Positions 14,519 to 27,600 of a stretch of DNA of 64,000 nt are shown one piece after another. Position numbers and translations under genes: made by a program. Position 1 is the stretch's first letter, and the number at the start of each line of letters is the position of its first letter. The notes below the pieces were generated by a model. That model worked only from the letters and a program-made list of their open reading frames with translations. It made no database searches and had not been told where the DNA came from. The DNA comes from Antedon mediterranea (Eukaryota; Animalia; Echinodermata): assembly GCF_964355755.1 (NCBI RefSeq), contig NC_092680.1:2790001-2854000 (forward strand). The letters run 5' to 3'.

Positions 14519-14748
14519 ATGTCTAAGCAGAGACCATGTGTAATCTAGTATTAAGTTATCTCTTGGATTAAACTCAGTTGTGTGTTAACTATAAATGTCT
14601 TAGCAGGGGACATGTAACCTGGTAATAGAGTATTAAGTTATCTCTCGGATTAAACTCAGTTGTGTGAACTCTAACTATGAATGTCTGAGCAGGGCCATGT
14701 AATCTGGTAATCTAGTATTAAGTTATCTCTCGGATTAAACTCAGTTGT
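14519..14748. repeat. Degenerate ~75-bp tandem repeat x3
   Basis: agtattaagttatctctcggattaaactcagttg recurs three times. Confidence 0.8.
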
Positions 14749-15073
14749 ACAGGTATGAATAAAATTATAAACCATATGACGTCAATTTCAATAATAACTT
14801 TGTTTTAATTACATCAAACCATCTCACATTCTATATTTTCCAACAATGTAGGCGAAATATTCTTATCTATTGTTCAAAACTTTTTGAAAGATTATTTTAT
14901 GTTATTAATTAAAACTATCAAACCAGAACATTGTTTGTCTTTGTTGACGTACGTCAGCACAAATGACTTCTGTCAATCAATCATCTTCCAGTAATCTAGT
15001 GCAACTGTACATATTTTGAAGTTTATCTGTAAATAAAGAATATTTAGATTTTTTGTTGTTGATAAAGTATATT

Positions 15074-15357
15074 AGGGAGGTTTCGCAATCTTATGATAAC
15101 GAAAACGAATACGTCACGCACACATATTTGTTTTTTGGAAGCCAGTAAAAATCTGTTTCGCATGGCAATGAAATATTGAGGGCGCCGTCCAATATATTTG
15201 AGCAAAGCGCAGGTGTTGCTTGGCTGCCTAGGCCTAGTGTAACATGAAAGTGAGTTAGGACTTTAAAAACTAATGTGCAAAATAGATCAAAAACTATACT
15301 CGTTTGTGTGACGTATTCGTTTTCGTTATCGTATTCGTAAGGTTGCGAAACCTCCCT
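15074..15357. mobile_element. MITE with AGGGAGGTTTCGCAA TIRs (PIF/Harbinger-group-like)
   Basis: Long imperfect TIRs (agggaggtttcgcaatcttatgataacgaaaacgaatacg and its inverse); ATT flanks both sides. Confidence 0.75.
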
Positions 15358-15538
15358 ATTGTTCATCTTGTTTGGAATATTTTGTTTTTTCTTTGTATTT
15401 GTTATTTTATTTTACTAGTAATATTACTAAAAATGACGTCATTGGTCATTTTATGCATACATAAAATCCAGAGAACGTAAAAATCATGGTAGGTAAATCA
15501 CAGGTTTTACAGTAAATAAATATTTGTTATGTTGTTAA

Positions 15539-16153
15539 AGACCCCTTCCCTGCAATTTTGGACGTTTTTTGGAAAATAATACATATATATCACTTTAAAA
15601 ACATTAAACCATGTCATTCCTTGTCTTAAATGTACGTTTTATGGTAAATTATGATAAAAAGTGAGAAACAATGCACTACCTAAGTAGCTCGCGGCGATCG
15701 ACCTCTCGTGGACGGTCTTAGGCCTAGCCTAGCTAGGCTTAGTTTTGTAGGCCTAGCTGGTAAACATCGATATCGTACGCTAGCTATATACCTAGCCTGA
15801 CGTTGTATAGTTGCTGCATTAATTGTCTTTCTATTTTTGCCAGACTCCGTTGATACAAATTGGGGAAAACCCGGTATTTTCGCTGAAAAGTTAGGAGTCT
15901 TCCATTTGTTTTGGCTTCACGATCGATCGAAAAGTGGGCGAATTACAGGTGAAAAACAAAAATATCAATCCGCGTGCAATGCATTTTGGGATTTATAGCG
16001 GGCCGCTATAATTATTAGAATCGATTTATTTTTCACATTTTTAACCGTTTAAAGACGAAAAAAGTTATCGCAATAGGACCATATAGTATTATTTTTACAT
16101 TAAATATAGTTTGTGATCTTAAATTAGATCTAAAAAACGTAGGGAATGGGGCT
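15539..16153. mobile_element. Kolobok-like non-autonomous DNA transposon
   Basis: TTAA on both sides (15535-15538, 16154-16157), AG...CT termini, imperfect TIRs AGACCCCTTCCCTGC / AGCCCCATTCCCTAC. Confidence 0.7.
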
Positions 16154-16215
16154 TTAATCATTGTTAAAAGAGGGATAGGGTGAAGTGTGTTGTGAGACTG
16201 GAACTTACCTCATTT

Positions 16216-17043
<828 letters not shown>

Positions 17044-18067
17044 TTTGATAAATTATATTATTTCAGTTGACCTGTGAAATAAAGCAGAATGTTGAAAATA
17101 TGAAAACAACAAAAATAATGGAGGACACTCAAGCAAAAAAAACCCCCCAAAAATCCATCTTCATCTTGATCTTCTCCACCCTCATGTGCCATAGATATCA
17201 GGCAAAATGAATTTATTTTTTTTCAAACAGAGGTATTATTAATCTTTACTTGTTTGTGTTTGATGATTAGTACATTTTGTGTAACATTATTATTATATTT
17301 TCCTCTTATTAGTACTGGGCCTAGATAAAGAGAACATGTTTTTACTTTTTTTTACTGCATGCCTTCCCTTTACACAATGACTAGGCAAGGCTATGCCTAG
17401 GTAGAGGAGAGGTTTTATTATATAGATTATAGGCCTACGCTAGGTCAAATACCGGCTAGGTAGCTAGCCTACACCCTAGCCTATAGCATAGAGTATATTT
17501 AGGCCTACTAGCCTAGCCTAAAAATGTCACGTGTATTTGGGCTAAAAAGAGCCTCTAATATAATAAATACTATTTTTGGCTAAATATTTAGAATAATTTA
17601 AAGCAATACTGTATTTACCTAAACTGAATCAGGTCTTCTAGGCTATATAATATGGATACTATTACTAGGCCTATGTATTATGAATCGACAAGCCTAGTAG
17701 TAGGCCCTAGGCTAGGGTATTCAGTTGGCCAGAAAGATAATATATGCCGGGCAGGGTCGCTTCCCCGGGCTTCTTCCAACATATATAGGCCTAGCCTAGG
17801 CCTAGCACACCGTTCATGCCAATTATTGCAGCTATTTTTTCAATTAAATAATATTTTTCAGAACTAGACTAATAAATTAAGGACCTATAACAAGAGTATG
17901 GTTTAAACATTCATTATTAAAAAACGAAACAATCAAATTAAATCTTACTAAACGATACAAATTCTCGCGTCGGGGGAACAGTTCACGACACTACTGCGCA
18001 GACTCAACGAAAGGCAAGAAATAAATCTTTTGATGAAAAAGGCTGCAAAAACACCTTCTCATACTTT

Positions 18068-18765
18068 ATTTTTGGACGCGACTCTATAGTTCACTACGTC
18101 GGTCGGTCTGTCTGTCGGTCTGTCTGTCGGTCTGTCTGTCGATCTGTCGGTCTGTCTGTCGGTCCGGTATCACTATGCGATTTATCGCTTTCTGACCTTA
18201 TCTTGATATCAGTTTAATCTAGCTAAGTCAATTTTTCACAGTATATTCCTTATGGCCAGGAATCGATGTGGTTATGTTTTCACGGTGCGCAATAAAAAAT
18301 TACGCGGTCTACGCACGATTTAACGAAATCACGTTTGTAATCATATCTTCACAACCATGAATCACAATTAAATAAAATTTGGTACTCATAAATTCCAGGG
18401 CAATACAATTACGTGCGTAGCGCATGTAACGCATGCGTGCGTAAGCGCGCTTAACATTTTCAAAATTTATTTTCGATGAAATAAGAGTACGTTTCAGGCA
18501 ATTTTAAGCGTTTACAAAATTGCCATGAGTGCGCACTCTTTTTGCCCGATTTCTGTTTTCTTGACTTACTTTTCAACTCGAAATTACGTTATACGAGCAC
18601 GTCAAAGTGAAAGGCTACGCACGTGTAAATTTAAATAATATAAATGTTTTTAAACATTTCAACATTTTTAAACATGTTCAGTAATTTTGGTCAGTTGGTA
18701 GGTTGGTCGGTCGGTCGGTAAACACTAATGAGCACGCGACTGCAGCCATCTATATGGCCTTGTTT
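18068..18765 (+). mobile_element. HINE-like element, copy 2
   Basis: Same body as 6550-7286, with a (CTGT/CGGT)n microsatellite and ggccttgttt 3' end. Confidence 0.7.
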
Positions 18766-18911
18766 CAAAATATGGCCAAAATATAAATTCAATTATTATA
18801 CGTTTTTATTGCTGCTGTATATGATCATATATTGCTTTATGATCATCTTATAGTACCATAGAACCCAGTTATGTCGAAAAATAAAAAGGTCGAAAATTGG
18901 CCATTTTTCGA

Positions 18912-19716
18912 AACAAGGCCAACAGCCATTAAGTCGCGTGCTACAATGCATAGTGATACCGGACCGACAGACAAACAGACCGACAGACAGACAGACCGAC
19001 AGACAGACCGACATAGTGAACTATACTGACCGAAATTACTGAACATGTTTAAAAATGTTGAAATGTTTAAAAACATTTATATTTTTTAATTTACACGTGC
19101 GTAGCCTGTCACTTTTGACGTGCTCGTATAACGTAATTTCGAGTTGAAAAGTAAGTCAAGAAAACAGAAATCGGGCAAAAAGAGTGCGCAATAACATTTA
19201 ACGCGCAGTGCGCGCGCAAAAATCTGCGCACTCATGGCAAATTTGTAAACGCTTAAAATTGCCTGAAACGTACTCTTATTTCATCGAAAATAAATTTTGA
19301 AAATTTTAGGCGCGCGTACGCATGCGTTACATGCGCTACGCACGTAATTGTATTGCCATATGATGATTTATGCCCTGAAATTTATGAGTACCAAATTTTA
19401 TTTAATTGTGATTCATGGTTGTTAAGATATGATTACAAACGTGATTTCGTTAAATCGTGCGTAGACCGCGTAATTTTTTATTGCGCACCGTGAAATCATA
19501 ACCACATCGATTCCTGGCCATAAGGAATATTCTGTGAAAAATTGATTTAGCTAGATTAAACTGATATCAAGATAAGGTCATAAAGCGATAAAACGCATAG
19601 TGATACCGGACCGACAGACAGACAGACAGACAGACCGACAGACAGACCGACAGACAGACAGACAGACCGACCGACCGACATAGTGAACTATAGAGTCGCT
19701 TCCACGCGACTAAAAA
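18912..19716 (-). mobile_element. HINE-like element, copy 3 (inverted)
   Basis: Reverse complement of the same family; its 5' end reads cacgcgactaaaaa on the + strand. Confidence 0.7.
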
Positions 19717-20263
19717 TAGTACAGGGATTTTTTCAAAATATGGCCAAAATATCTAGTTTTCAAAATTCAATTATTATGCGTTTATATTGCTGTATATGAT
19801 CATATATTGCTTTATGATCATCTTATAGTACCATAGAACCCAGTTATGCCGAAAAATAAAGGTCGAAAATTTGCCATTTTTCGAAAAACTCCTGTAGGCC
19901 TACAGGGATTTTTTAGAAAAATGGCCAAAATATCTAGTTTTTAAAATTCTAGTATTATGCGTTTTTATTGCTGCTGTATATGATCATATATTGCTTTATG
20001 ATCATCTTATAGTATCATAGAACCCAATTATGTCGAAAAATAAAAAGGTCGAAAATTGGCAATTTTTCGACAAAATCCCTATACAGGGATTTTTTTCAAA
20101 ATATGGCAAAAATTTCAAGTTTTTAAAATTCAATTATTATACGTTTTTATAGCTGTATATGATCACATATTGCTTTATGATCATCTTATAGTTCAATAGA
20201 ACCCAATTATGTCGAAAAATAAAAAGGCTGAAAATTGGCCATTTTTCGACAAAATCCCTGTAC
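19717..20263. repeat. ~180-bp satellite units with inverted ends (tacaggga...tccctgta); one further unit at 18766-18911
   Basis: Three tandem monomers, related to the large array at about 37400-42800. Confidence 0.8.
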
Positions 20264-20901
20264 TAATCGTTGAATCCAGCGCGAATCATTGTTAGGCATG
20301 CTATAATACAAAACGTTTAAACCATATCATTACTTCGTCAATGTTTTTAAGACAATATTTTCTGCCTAAGTCAGCTGTGTGACTTAGGCAATTAAGGAGA
20401 GCTAACTTATGATCTGCCTAATTCACTGCTTATATCATTATACTGCCCTCTGTACATTATCTGAGTGCTTTTATATATGCTCAGATCGTTTTTTGTGTTT
20501 CTGCCTGTCAGCTGTGTGACTTAGGCAATTAAGAAGAGGGGACTCATGATTTTTTAATTCTTTCTCTTTTATTGCTACTTTCCTTTTCTAAAATCATCAG
20601 TGTTAATTTTAATCTGAAGAGCTGATGCTATTAAATTTTTTGTATATAGATGATATCGACAGCCTCATAACAAAAGTGTCTAAGTCATAATTTGTTTTTT
20701 GTTTTTCTGCCTTACTCACTGCTTATATCAATATACTATATTTTTTGTGTTTCTGCCTAAGTCAGCTGTGTGACTTAGGCATAAGAGTGCATTACAGTTT
20801 TTTTAGAATCCAATGGAGAATGAAGAATGGTCTGTAATGGAAGTACATTTTATGTTGTTCGAGTAGCAAACGCAATACACGTGTTCGTGTAGAAACACGA
20901 G

Positions 20902-22056
20902 TACATTTTGGTTGTTTTTTTCTCCATAGGTAGGCCTATACCTCAATGGTATGGAACAACAGTAGGCCTACATTTTGGTTGTTTTTTTCTCCATAGGTAG
21001 GCCTATACCTCAATGGTATGGAACAACAGTAGGCCTACATTTTGGTTGTTTTTTTCTCCATAGGTAGGCCTATACCTCCATGGTATGGAACAACAGTAGG
21101 CCTACATTTTGGTTGTTTTTTTCTCCATAGGTAGGCCTATACCTCCATGGTATGGAACAACAGTAGGCCTACATTTTGGTTGTTTTTTTCTCCATAGGTA
21201 GGCCTATACCTCCATGGTATGGAACAACAGTAGGCCTACATTTTGGTTGTTTTTTTCTCCATAGGTAGGCCTATACCTCAATGGTATGGAACAACAGTAG
21301 GCCTACATTTTGGTTGTTTTTTTTCTCCATAGGTAGGCCTATACCTCCATGGTATGGAACAACAGTAGGCCTACATTTTGGTTGTTTTTTTCTCCATAGG
21401 TAGGCCTATACCTCCATGGTATGGAACAACAGTAGGCCTACATTTTGGTTGTTTTTTTCTCCATAGGTAGGCCTATACCTCCATGGTATGGAACAACAGT
21501 AGGCCTACATTTTGGTTGTTTTTTTCTCCATAGGTAGGCCTATACCTCAATGGTATGGAACAACAGTAGGCCTACATTTTGGTTGTTTTTTTCTCCATAG
21601 GTAGGCCTATACCTCCATGGTATGGAACAACAGTAGGCCTACATTTTGGTTGTTTTTTTCTCCATAGGTAGGCCTATACCTCCATGGTATGGAACAACAG
21701 TAGGCCTACATTTTGGTTGTTTTTTTCTCCATAGGTAGGCCTATACCTCCATGGTATGGAACAACAGTAGGCCTACATTTTGGTTGTTTTTTTCTCCATA
21801 GGTAGGCCTATACCTCCATGGTATGGAACAACAGTAGGCCTACATTTTGGTTGTTTTTTTCTCCATAGGTAGGCCTATACCTCCATGGTATGGAACAACA
21901 GTAGGCCTACATTTTGGTTGTTTTTTTCTCCATAGGTAGGCCTATACCTCCATGGTATGGAACAACAGTAGGCCTAAATTTTGGTTGTTTTTTTCTCCAT
22001 AGGTAGGCCTATACCTTCATGGTATGGAACAACAGTAGGCCTACATTTTGGTTGTT
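20902..22056. repeat. 67-bp minisatellite x ~17
   Basis: Unit cattttggttgtttttttctccataggtaggcctatacctccatggtatggaacaacagtaggccta, highly homogeneous. Confidence 0.95.
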
Positions 22057-23259
22057 CATAGGAACAGAAGATGTTCGGTGAAACGCACGACTCATATTAA
22101 TTGTTTGTATCATAATCAGCGTGATCAAGTTGAGGTAAATTAAACTTTTTATAATGCAAGACTGACTGATGGAATCAGAGACGCTCAAGCAAGATAGGCA
22201 AAACAAGTCGAATATCAATACATTTTGAACATGTATTTCATTATGTATTTCATTATATATATATTTTTAATGATTTTTGTATTACTCTAATGGTTAATGA
22301 TATAATTCATTGTTGTACAAAGAATTGCAAAGAATGTTTATAAGCCTACATGAAAGTTGTTATGTTGTGTAGGCCTAACACCATTGACGTAGATAACTGC
22401 AAAATCACCAATTGCTGCCCACGTCACGCATTGGTTGACAAATTATGTTGGTGTCAGTTTTTGGAACTACTAAAAACACAAGTGAATAAGCAAAACGCTG
22501 AATCAAAACTATAAAGTAAAACAACAAGAAAAAATTGCACGGCTTCGAGCAACACTAACACTTGAGTGCAAACATATACACATATTATTTTATTTAATGT
22601 AAATAGTAATACTGTAATTATTATAAAGATGTTCTTATAAAATGGCATGGTGTTCGTGTAATCCTACAGAGAGAACACGAAGAAACAAACTACTAATGAT
22701 GCTATAGGTTAATCGAGCTCTCACTCTCTCACAGTAGACAGTTTTTCTTTATATTATCCTAATGTTATGAGCAAGTGATGTAAATTATCTAGATAATCTA
22801 TTCGATTGGATTGAGACCAATAATAATATGCATACCAAACAGATCTACTTTAGGACAGTTATAAGGTGAGTTTAGGCCAATATGCTGATCAGGTTGATAG
22901 TAATACAAACAGGACGATATTAACTACAATCACAATACAAACACGTTCAAAATCAAATGAATATTTTGATCTTCTATTGAAATGTTCAATTACAAGCATT
23001 TGTATAAGCTTGTGTATCACATTAGTCTTAGTCTCAGAGAGCTATTGTTATACTACAGCATTCCCATTTACAAATTATCCGGCTGGGAATTATTTAGTTA
23101 TTATTAATCATTATGAAAGACTCTTCTACTCACGTAGACTTAAACCCCCATTCAAATAAAGACATTTTGCATAATGTTCAGAACTACAATAAGCCTATTG
23201 TTCTTTTTCAATGGGCTTTACTAAGGGTTGCAATTAAGAAAAAAAGTTTAAAATGTCTG

Positions 23260-24235
23260 GACATTTAGATTGTGACAATGACAATGGAACAGTTACCACC
23301 TCAGTCTATCCACTCGAACACAAACTGGGGCTTATAAACACACTTGTGGACAGAGCTGAGAAGGTAGTGGGAGATATGGATTTGAGGAAAGTTGAGATGG
23401 ATAACATCAAGAAAGCGTTACACAACTGCCAGTATCCAGAGTGGTCCTTCCAGAGAGTTATGGAAAACCGAAAAAGAAAAAAGAACAAAGGACACGAACC
23501 ACAGAAGGAAAAGATCAAGATGCGAGGTAGCATAGGAATCCCCTATGTAAAAGGAATGGCAGAAAGAATACGACACACTCTCTCCTATCACAATGTCGGA
23601 ACCTATTTCCTACCCCAAAATAAAATCAAGAATAGCCTCGTCCACCCAAAAGATAAAATCGAGAAGATGGATACATGTGGAGTAATCTACGAAGTCACCT
23701 GCCGCAATTGTCCACAAGTTTACATTGGGGAAATAGGGAGGGCATTACAAACACGAATTAATGATCACAAAAAAGATGTTACAACAAACACGGTGGGAGT
23801 AATGACTAGGGCCTCCAGAACATCCACATCTTCGATCATACACAAATCTGCCATTACAGAACATGTCATAAAACACAATCATGTACCGAACTGGGAGGCT
23901 TCCATCTTAACCAAAGAGCCTAAACGCAAAGACAGACAGATTAGAGAATCATTACATATAAGGAGAAATAAAGAGAAGACCATGAACCGGGACACTGGAG
24001 CCCACGAACTCTCGCATTTGTACAATGATTTGATAGACACATCACCTGGCCGAGCCCCGCACAACCTCCAACATACAACCGGAGGCGTACGACGTCATCA
24101 ACAGATGACGTCAAGAATGACCAAGCTGCATTAACACTCCGCAGTCAGTTGAGAAGGATCTCTGATAGAGATCGAAACGTTCGAGTAAGTACTCCGTTAA
24201 CTTGTGCTTTTACAAAAACGAAATTTGTCATCTAT
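23260..24235 (+). mobile_element. 5'-truncated Penelope-like retroelement (RT thumb/linker + GIY-YIG endonuclease + 3' region)
   Basis: ORF 23253-24134 contains LDC..DNGTVTTSVY, PLEHKLGLINTL..RA, IPYVKGMAERI, GVIYEVTCRNCPQVYIGEIGRALQTRINDH, SAITEH..H.H.PNW and R.IRES..I..MNRDTG, all typical of the PLE C-terminus. The RT core is absent. Element ends are approximate. Confidence 0.9.
24144..24190 (+). ncRNA. Putative minimal type I hammerhead ribozyme (U3/A8 variant) in the PLE terminal region
   Basis: TTGAGAA (24149-24155), G, perfect stem II GATCTC-tgata-GAGATC, GAAA (24174-24177), palindromic AACGTT stem III. Stem I is short and bulged. Confidence 0.6.
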
Positions 24236-24644
24236 ACAAAATCGAAGCTAAATGAAATTCTTTCAACAATAAATATGACTTGTATAATTGCTGCAGCAGG
24301 GTTTAAATGCACAAATTTGACGATCACTCGTTAATTAGAGTAATCGAATTAATTATAAATAAAACACAAAAGTATCTTTTCTAAAGAAGTACTCATCTCT
24401 CTTCTACAGTAGTATCTAACTTTAATCAGGTTGAACAAGTTTTAAAATTGTATTATTAACTGTATTTATCAAAAGTGGTTTAAAACAAAAAATTGTACTA
24501 TTATCCTATCTAAAGATAATTATGCTTTCTAGAAATATCTCAGTAATTCCAAGTTCATCAAGAATATATTGAAATACACAGTTGTTTCTTTTCTATTTCA
24601 CCAAGGCAATTTCACACTCAGACATTATTGTTATCTTGTAAACA

Positions 24645-27600
24645 TCACGTAAATATTCCTTTCAGGGCGATTATTTCCAGTCGTTTTAATTTCAAACGTT
24701 GCATTAATTCTTCGTCTGAAGCCGTCTTTAGTTGTCGAATGAATTGACGTTCTGTTAATTTAAGTTCATGTACTTTTTCAAGAACGTCGGGGCTGACATC
24801 GAGATCGGCTAACAAGTGCTCTAAACGTTCCACTTCAAGGTTTGGTACTACTGTATAAGACATTGAAAGAACACGTTATACTATATTATTGAACATATCA
24901 GCAATGATTATCTATCGGATAACTTATATTTGCATAATCTGTCTTTCTATATTATCGGTTCCATCTTTCTTATTCACTTTGTTTCCTAATGTACAATAAC
25001 TCGTCGAAAATGTTAATGTCTCCTTATTCCAAATGTTTATAAAGCTAAAGGCAGATAAATCACTTTATAATAATAATATTCTTTGTTTATTAAAGTTTTT
25101 TTAATTGAATTGAATTGATCACTTTATTTAAAAATAAATATTCCATTACTGTATATACAAAAAAAAATACAAGACTGAAAATAAACTAAAATAGGATTTT
25201 TCCCACTTAGTGAAGAGATTCGAATATCGTAACACCTATACACCGAATATCGCCTATTCTGGAATAGTTAAAAATCATTCAGAGGTCGCCAAAGAAATCT
25301 GAAATTACTGTAGTAATTACAAATGCATAGACTTCTTAAACAAAAATTAAATATAATTAATAAAAATATTATCATAACAGATTGTGTCGGTGACGCTTAC
25401 ATGATGCACCAGAGTTTTTCATTTCTTACCTTTTGAGACAGGAATTGGATCTAGATAGTCATGTGCATCTTCATCACTATCAATAGACTCATAGTAACCC
25501 TGACCAGTTTCATCAACTGGTGGTTTCTTTTTCTTTTTATTGAACTTTTTCTTTAAAGTGTTTAGGCCTAAACTAAATTTGTTCGAATGCCTACTTTTTG
25601 GTACGACGTATCCAACTGGGTGATCTGAGGGGCGTACAATTTTGCTGTAAAACAAAAATATACAGAAAAGATAATGAAAGAATGCTGGTGAACCAATGGT
25701 CTCTATCGTTACTAAGGTACAGAGTGACGTATTCGAGAAAAATAATAATACAGGCTGTATGATATGCAATTCAAATTTTAAAGATGTTTTGTCCCCAAAA
25801 ACATGAAAAATAAAGATTAATAAAATCAGACTTTGAATAGGCCATTTTGCAGTTTTAATAAAGTTATTCATTTATAAAATATATATTCAATTATAAATGT
25901 ATATATTAATAATAATAAGTGAATAACTATTTGTGACATTAACATGGCATATTCAACAAACAATTTAACAAAAATTATTTTTAGGTGGTGTGTGGGGGAG
26001 GGGGGGGGGGGAAATAAATATTTAATTATTAGGCTTATGTTTAACTTTGTATTGTTTTTGTTATTTTGAATACTATTGTGACAAGATAGAAAGTGGACAA
26101 ATTCTAGGGTTGGCACCAATTATACAAAAATGGAACACAAATGCTACCGTAGGCCTACCCGAGATCAGGCTTGTCGTAGTTATTGTCAGAGTCGGATGAC
26201 GATGAGTTTCTACTAGATTGTGGTTGTCTTCTTAAAAGAATAAAATATATATAGTATGAATATTAATGCCTTGTCTCTGCAACTATCAAATAAGATTTCT
26301 ACGAAACCTTAGATAAGATCGGTTTGTAATCACAAAAGAAATTTCGCGATTCGTTTTTGCATAGAAACATCAAATTATGTTGTTATTCATTCTACAACGG
26401 TTAGGCTAGTACCCGATTTACGATTATCGGTATAAAGTATAGATTCCAACTAGGACAATTCTACAAAAGCACGACGACGTGTGTCCCATATAATATATCA
26501 AGACCCTAATCACTTAAACTAACCTTACATAATACAGGCACCACATGCGTGATACACATACGTTGCTGTATTATTGTGTATTATTTTCCTATGATGGGAA
26601 TATTGTCGTGCGTGGAGATCTTGTTATGAAATGCAAGTGAAACTATATATTGCGATATGATTTTACAAATATTACTTTCTTACTTTTTTACAATATCGAG
26701 TCGAGGGGGTATAGGAGGTGGTAACTGAGTTGGCTCAGCGTACGCTTGGTGAGTGAGGCACATTGACTTAAAGTCCGATTCTGACATGACGTCAACCATT
26801 AGTCTTTCATGTGTTGCACTAGACATTCCTTGTCTATAACCCAATGGTAAATTCCTCTTTTTCACTCTGACCAATGTATGCTCTGGGATAAAGAACCGAT
26901 GCGTTGTAGTATTTTTACTTTCGTCAAAAATACTAACAAAAATGTCAGTCTCAGAATAGGACATTTCCAATTTTAAGCAACCTTCATCGCGTAAAATAAC
27001 ATCGTCTTCATTGTGTTTACGTCGTTGTGGAGTTGAGTGTAATCTTGCCCTGAATGGTAGCTCACAGGGTAGCCGAGAGAGATTAAAAGTTTCGTCAGTA
27101 CAATCAATTTCTTCAAAGCCACCTACGGCATAAGAAGGTACATTAACGGTTTTAGAACGTCCTGGAACATCGGATTGACGTGAGCAGATGATAACCTCAC
27201 ATTCCTCCCTCTCGAATGAAACAATTCCCATCTCCTTTGGTACTAAGATGTCTCCTATATATATCGAATCTATATCAGAGTTTGAAACGATGTAATTCTC
27301 CGTCACTCTTAACTTCTTCCCTGAATGATTTTGCCACATTTCATCTGCAGTTTGACATATTTTAGGAACAACCTACAAAAAATTGAAATAGTTCTATTAG
27401 TTATAAATTTTAAAATTAAACTAAAAACTTAGATTACTTATTGTATAATGTGTTATACTAAACATCAAATCGTGAATAAATCACATTATTTTTGTAGAAA
27501 GTTTATAAGATATCAATTTTATTTCTATTATTTTACACAACAAAGAAGGTAACCGACGCGACGACTGCAAAATGTGAAAACAATCATACAATAGTATAAT

